Below are positions 59,696 through 64,000 of a DNA stretch of 64,000 bases, piece after piece (position 1 is the stretch's first letter; every line of letters begins with the position of its first letter). The notes below the pieces were generated by a model. That model was given only the letters and a program-made list of their open reading frames with translations, was not told where the DNA came from and searched no databases. The DNA lies in NCBI GenBank assembly GCA_951406725.2, contig OX597821.1, positions 107,632,001 to 107,696,000 on the forward strand, written 5' to 3'. This DNA comes from Octopus vulgaris. Taxonomy: Eukaryota. The position numbers and the translations under genes were made by a program.

Positions 59696-60034
59696 CAAGC
59701 TTACACACATAGACACATACACACACACACCTCAATTTACGTTAGTCATGCATACACATTGTCATTTACACGCACTCTCGTGTTTTCCACATTAACCTCC
59801 AAGTAGAAACACACACAAAATAAACAAAGATGCACACACATACATACATTAGCAAAAGACCCCCCACACATTCACACACACACACACACACACACAACAC
59901 AAACACGCACACACAAACACACACACATACGCACACACACGTACATGCACAAGTGTGCCTCAGTTTGCACAGCTCATGCATAAACTAGACCGACTCACTT
60001 GCACGCTCTCTCACATTTTACACGGTATCCCCAG

Positions 60035-60100
<66 letters not shown>

Positions 60101-60461
60101 ACACATACACACGTACGCATTTACGCACTCAGCATCGTTTCCATTTGCTTCATCCAAGGAGGAAGATAAGTAAAGAAATGAATAAAATAAAAGGCAGCAG
60201 TTATTATTATTTATGGAGTGTTTTGTTGGTCGGACGTGCAAAGACGGAAGCAGGTGGTTAATGGAGCCATGTCTCGACGTCCTTTTCATGAATGCAAGTC
60301 GCAGAACAGGCTGTGACAAGATTAAACAACGAACAGTGCTTGTGTGTGCAGGGGTGTGCGTGTGTGTGTGTGCACGGGTCTGTGTGTGTGTGTGCATATA
60401 CATGTGAGTGTGTACCTAGAAAAATACACACACACATATATATATATATATGTATGTATAC

Positions 60462-60526
<65 letters not shown>

Positions 60527-60819
60527 TGTACACACGCACACACACATATATATATATATACAGTAGGTATACATATACATATCTATATGCATATATATAT
60601 GTGCACGCGCACATATGTATGCATATATATATATATATAAACAAGCACACACACACATATATATACTTATACATATATTCATACATATATTTATGCATAT
60701 ATACATATACACATATACATGCCTATATGTATGTATATGTGGGTGTATATATATATATGTGTGTGTGTGTGTGGTAGTAAAAGCGTGTTCATATCATTGA
60801 TATTTTTATAATTGTTTTG

Positions 60820-60858
<39 letters not shown>

Positions 60859-61013
60859 TATGTATATGTGTGTGTATGTGTGTGTGCGTGTTGTGTTTGT
60901 GTATCTAAATATGCATACATGCATTTATACCTACTTGCCAACGTACACACGAACATAGCTATGCATGCATACATACATATATGCATATATACATACATAC
61001 ATACATACATATA

Positions 61014-61049
<36 letters not shown>

Positions 61050-61460
61050 TATATAGATTATACATGCATGCATTATAATGTTGTTTGCTTAATGGATCGC
61101 CTCCCTTGAAGATTGTCGTTTTAACGTAACCCAACCCTACACAAAATGTTTTTTCATCTTCGATTTGTTGTTTTTTTTATATCTTGTTTTATTTTTAAAA
61201 AAAAACTTCATGTCGTAATATTCAGAAAACAGAAACATTGCAAAGCCTGAATATATACGCGGGGTGGGGGTTCAGGGAGAGAGAGAGAGAGCAAGTCAAA
61301 GAGAGAGATGCAGAGAGAAAGGTTGGGTGGTGGAGAGAGGAGGGGTAGAGACTGCTACACAGGTAGTAAAAGAAAAATGTATTAACCAGAGATTTTCCAA
61401 ATTGTTTCCCTACTACTACAACAACAATAACAACAACAACAACAACAACAACTACTACTA

Positions 61461-61507
<47 letters not shown>

Positions 61508-61521
61508 ACAGCTGCTGCTGT

Positions 61522-61616
<95 letters not shown>

Positions 61617-61649
61617 ACAATAATAATAATAATTATTATTATTATTGTT

Positions 61650-62040
61650 GTTGTTATTATTATTATTTGCTTTGTATTTGTACAAGTTGGCTCCAAGTCT
61701 CACCCAAAGACCTCAAGAGACAACTAGTTAGAAGTTCATGCTGTTATTTTGCCTAGGATGTCCTATATTCGGTTTTTGCACATAGTATTGTTCTAGAGAA
61801 TGTTTAATAAAACGTAAGAAAATTATGAGTTCATTTTAAAATTTGTGATTACAAAGACAGCCTTTTACGTAGGCTCGAAGTGATCCTGAAGGCAGCATTG
61901 TTGGCTACAGTTCGCGTTCTAAGGAGAGTATTGTCTCTTTGAGTCACAGGAGAAGGCACTACTTGAAATCTTTGGTGATTTTTTATTGCCTGCTTTCAAG
62001 CAAAGAACAACCGCAAATAGAACAGCGAGAATCAGAACAA
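61650..62040 (-). mobile_element. (AAT)n-flanked retroelement 3' remnant (possibly R4/Dong-like UTR)
   Basis: Non-repetitive block ending ..gagacttggagccaacttg..caaataataat on the minus strand, with AAT/ATT tracts on both sides. Confidence 0.4.
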
Positions 62041-62072
62041 CAACAACAATAATGATGATGATGATGATGATG

Positions 62073-62184
<112 letters not shown>

Positions 62185-62689
62185 TAATAATCATTTTTAC
62201 TATAGGCATTATGTGAGGAGGGGGACAGTCGATCATATCGACCCAAGTACTCAACTGGTACTTAATTTATCGACCCCGAAATGATAAGAGGCAATGTCGA
62301 CCCCAGCAGAATTTGAACTCAGAATGTTAATACGTCTGCTCTACTCGTTTGCTAATAAGAACTACAATATCGACGACAACGAATATAGCTATGACGATGA
62401 TAATAATGGTGCAGATAGTTTTTCTTATTTGTTATAGGAACATCTGACGGGGGTTTAATAAAAGCAGGCGGACAAACACATAAAAGATGTGCTTAATTGT
62501 GTAGATGCATTGACCCGTTTGATTACTGTTATTTTGCCATTCGAGGTTTAAAAACTAGTTTTATAGAAACTTCTTTCTAAATTCCCATTTTGATTTTCAC
62601 ATTAACTTGTCAGCTGAATTATGTATAATGTTAGAGAAAGAAACCTAGCTGTTTCTTGCAATACATACCAATGCAAGCATCTAAAGGAA

Positions 62690-62811
62690 GAGTTTTTAAG
62701 GGCCCCTTAAGATACTATCGTGAATCCCCAATTTACTATTTCCTTGTGTAGACCCTGAAAAATCTTTAATGGACCCTCAAGAGCCATATGGTCCCTGGTT
62801 CAGAACCACTG
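62690..62811. mobile_element. hAT (Charlie-like) MITE end
   Basis: ..ccctggttcagaaccactg resembles the CAGTGGTTCTCAACC-type TIR; the partner end was not found. Confidence 0.45.
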
Positions 62812-62899
62812 GCGTAGATGTTTAATCATCAGAGAACTATTTGCAACATAGCAATTTTCATTCTTATTGACTGTTGAAACCTTGCTTCTCATTGGTCAG

Positions 62900-63068
62900 C
62901 GTATACCACGTGATAGAAGATTTTGCAGGCTACAGAAGTGAAGAAATACGAATCTGGCCAAAGATGTACCCCACAATAGCGGAGCGCAGAAATTTCTGCA
63001 TCATAAAATTGATTCCTATTGGTCAACTCAAGTCACGTGGTGGAAATGTTTGCATGGTGCTGGAATGA
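62900..63068 (+). CDS. Host gene terminal coding exon (-VYHVIEDFAGYRSEEIRIWPKMYPTIAERRNFCIIKLIPIGQLKSRGGNVCMVLE*)
   Basis: cttctcattggtcag| acceptor, phase 2 matches exon 8, lies in the frame of ORF 62874..63068, ends in TGA. Confidence 0.8.
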
Positions 63069-63395
63069 AGGAAAGGATGTGCCCAAAGCGAGCGACCTGT
63101 AAAAAATTGGTCAGCGCTAAAGGAAACGTGATTATCAATAGCAAATAAGGATCCGTTTATCAAGTCGAGTTCGGCTAAAACGTTACTCACGGCTAACTTA
63201 TGGACGATTAGGCTCGAGCTTCAGGTGTTGATAAAACTCCGAGTAACGGACACCTGAGTGAACAATCATTCATTTACATATACAATTAGATATATGGTTT
63301 CTCATATGTATGCACATGAGGGAAGGCCCACACGCCCACACATACACAACACACACTCACACACCTGTATGTATATATATATACATACACATAAG

Positions 63396-63442
<47 letters not shown>

Positions 63443-63532
63443 ATATGTACACTTTGACTCTTGCCTTTACTTGTTTCAGTCATTAGACTGCAGTCATGTT
63501 GGGGCATCACTTACGTATTTATGTGTTGCGTG

Positions 63533-63573
<41 letters not shown>

Positions 63574-63605
63574 GTAAATATATGTATATATATATGTATA
63601 TATAT

Positions 63606-63652
<47 letters not shown>

Positions 63653-64000
63653 TATATATGTATATATATTATATATGTGTATATATATACATATATATAT
63701 TTATATATACGTATGTATATATATACATACATATATATATATATATAGCGTAAGAGAAAGAACGAGAAAGATTTTTAAAAACAGATACTTGCACACACAA
63801 CACACACATTCACATATATACTCATTTATGATAACATACGTGTGTGTTCGTTTGTGTATATTTGCAGTCACATATCTACATATATACGTATAAACACACA
63901 CACACACACATATATACACATAGACACACACACACACACACACAGACACTCACACACAACACACACAATCACACACACAGAGTTCATATATCTTAATGCC

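Noticed and set aside
63051-63068. C-terminal CaaX prenylation motif (CMVL)
   Set aside because: It is followed by Glu before the stop, so Cys is at -5 and not a canonical CaaX

Overview
Eukaryotic, AT-rich, microsatellite-saturated animal DNA. The SINE families and repeat landscape look cephalopod (Octopus-like); this is inference, no database was searched. Almost every ORF in the supplied track is a microsatellite translation artefact. By hand I assembled a + strand protein-coding gene from nine small GT-AG coding exons between 13513 and 63068. Their splice phases chain into one open 249-aa frame of unrecognised family, and there is a candidate CRE-associated alternative first exon near 23.0 kb. 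The introns and upstream DNA hold decayed non-LTR retrotransposons (Tx1/L1-like, Hero-like RLE, CR1, RTE, R4/Dong-like, Penelope GIY-YIG), mariner and pogo fossils, several MITEs and foldbacks, and three abundant tRNA-headed SINE families. Several hammerhead-ribozyme motifs sit in Penelope-derived units, two of them with compensatory stem changes. No rRNA, true tRNA gene or CRISPR array was seen. Repeat boundaries are approximate.
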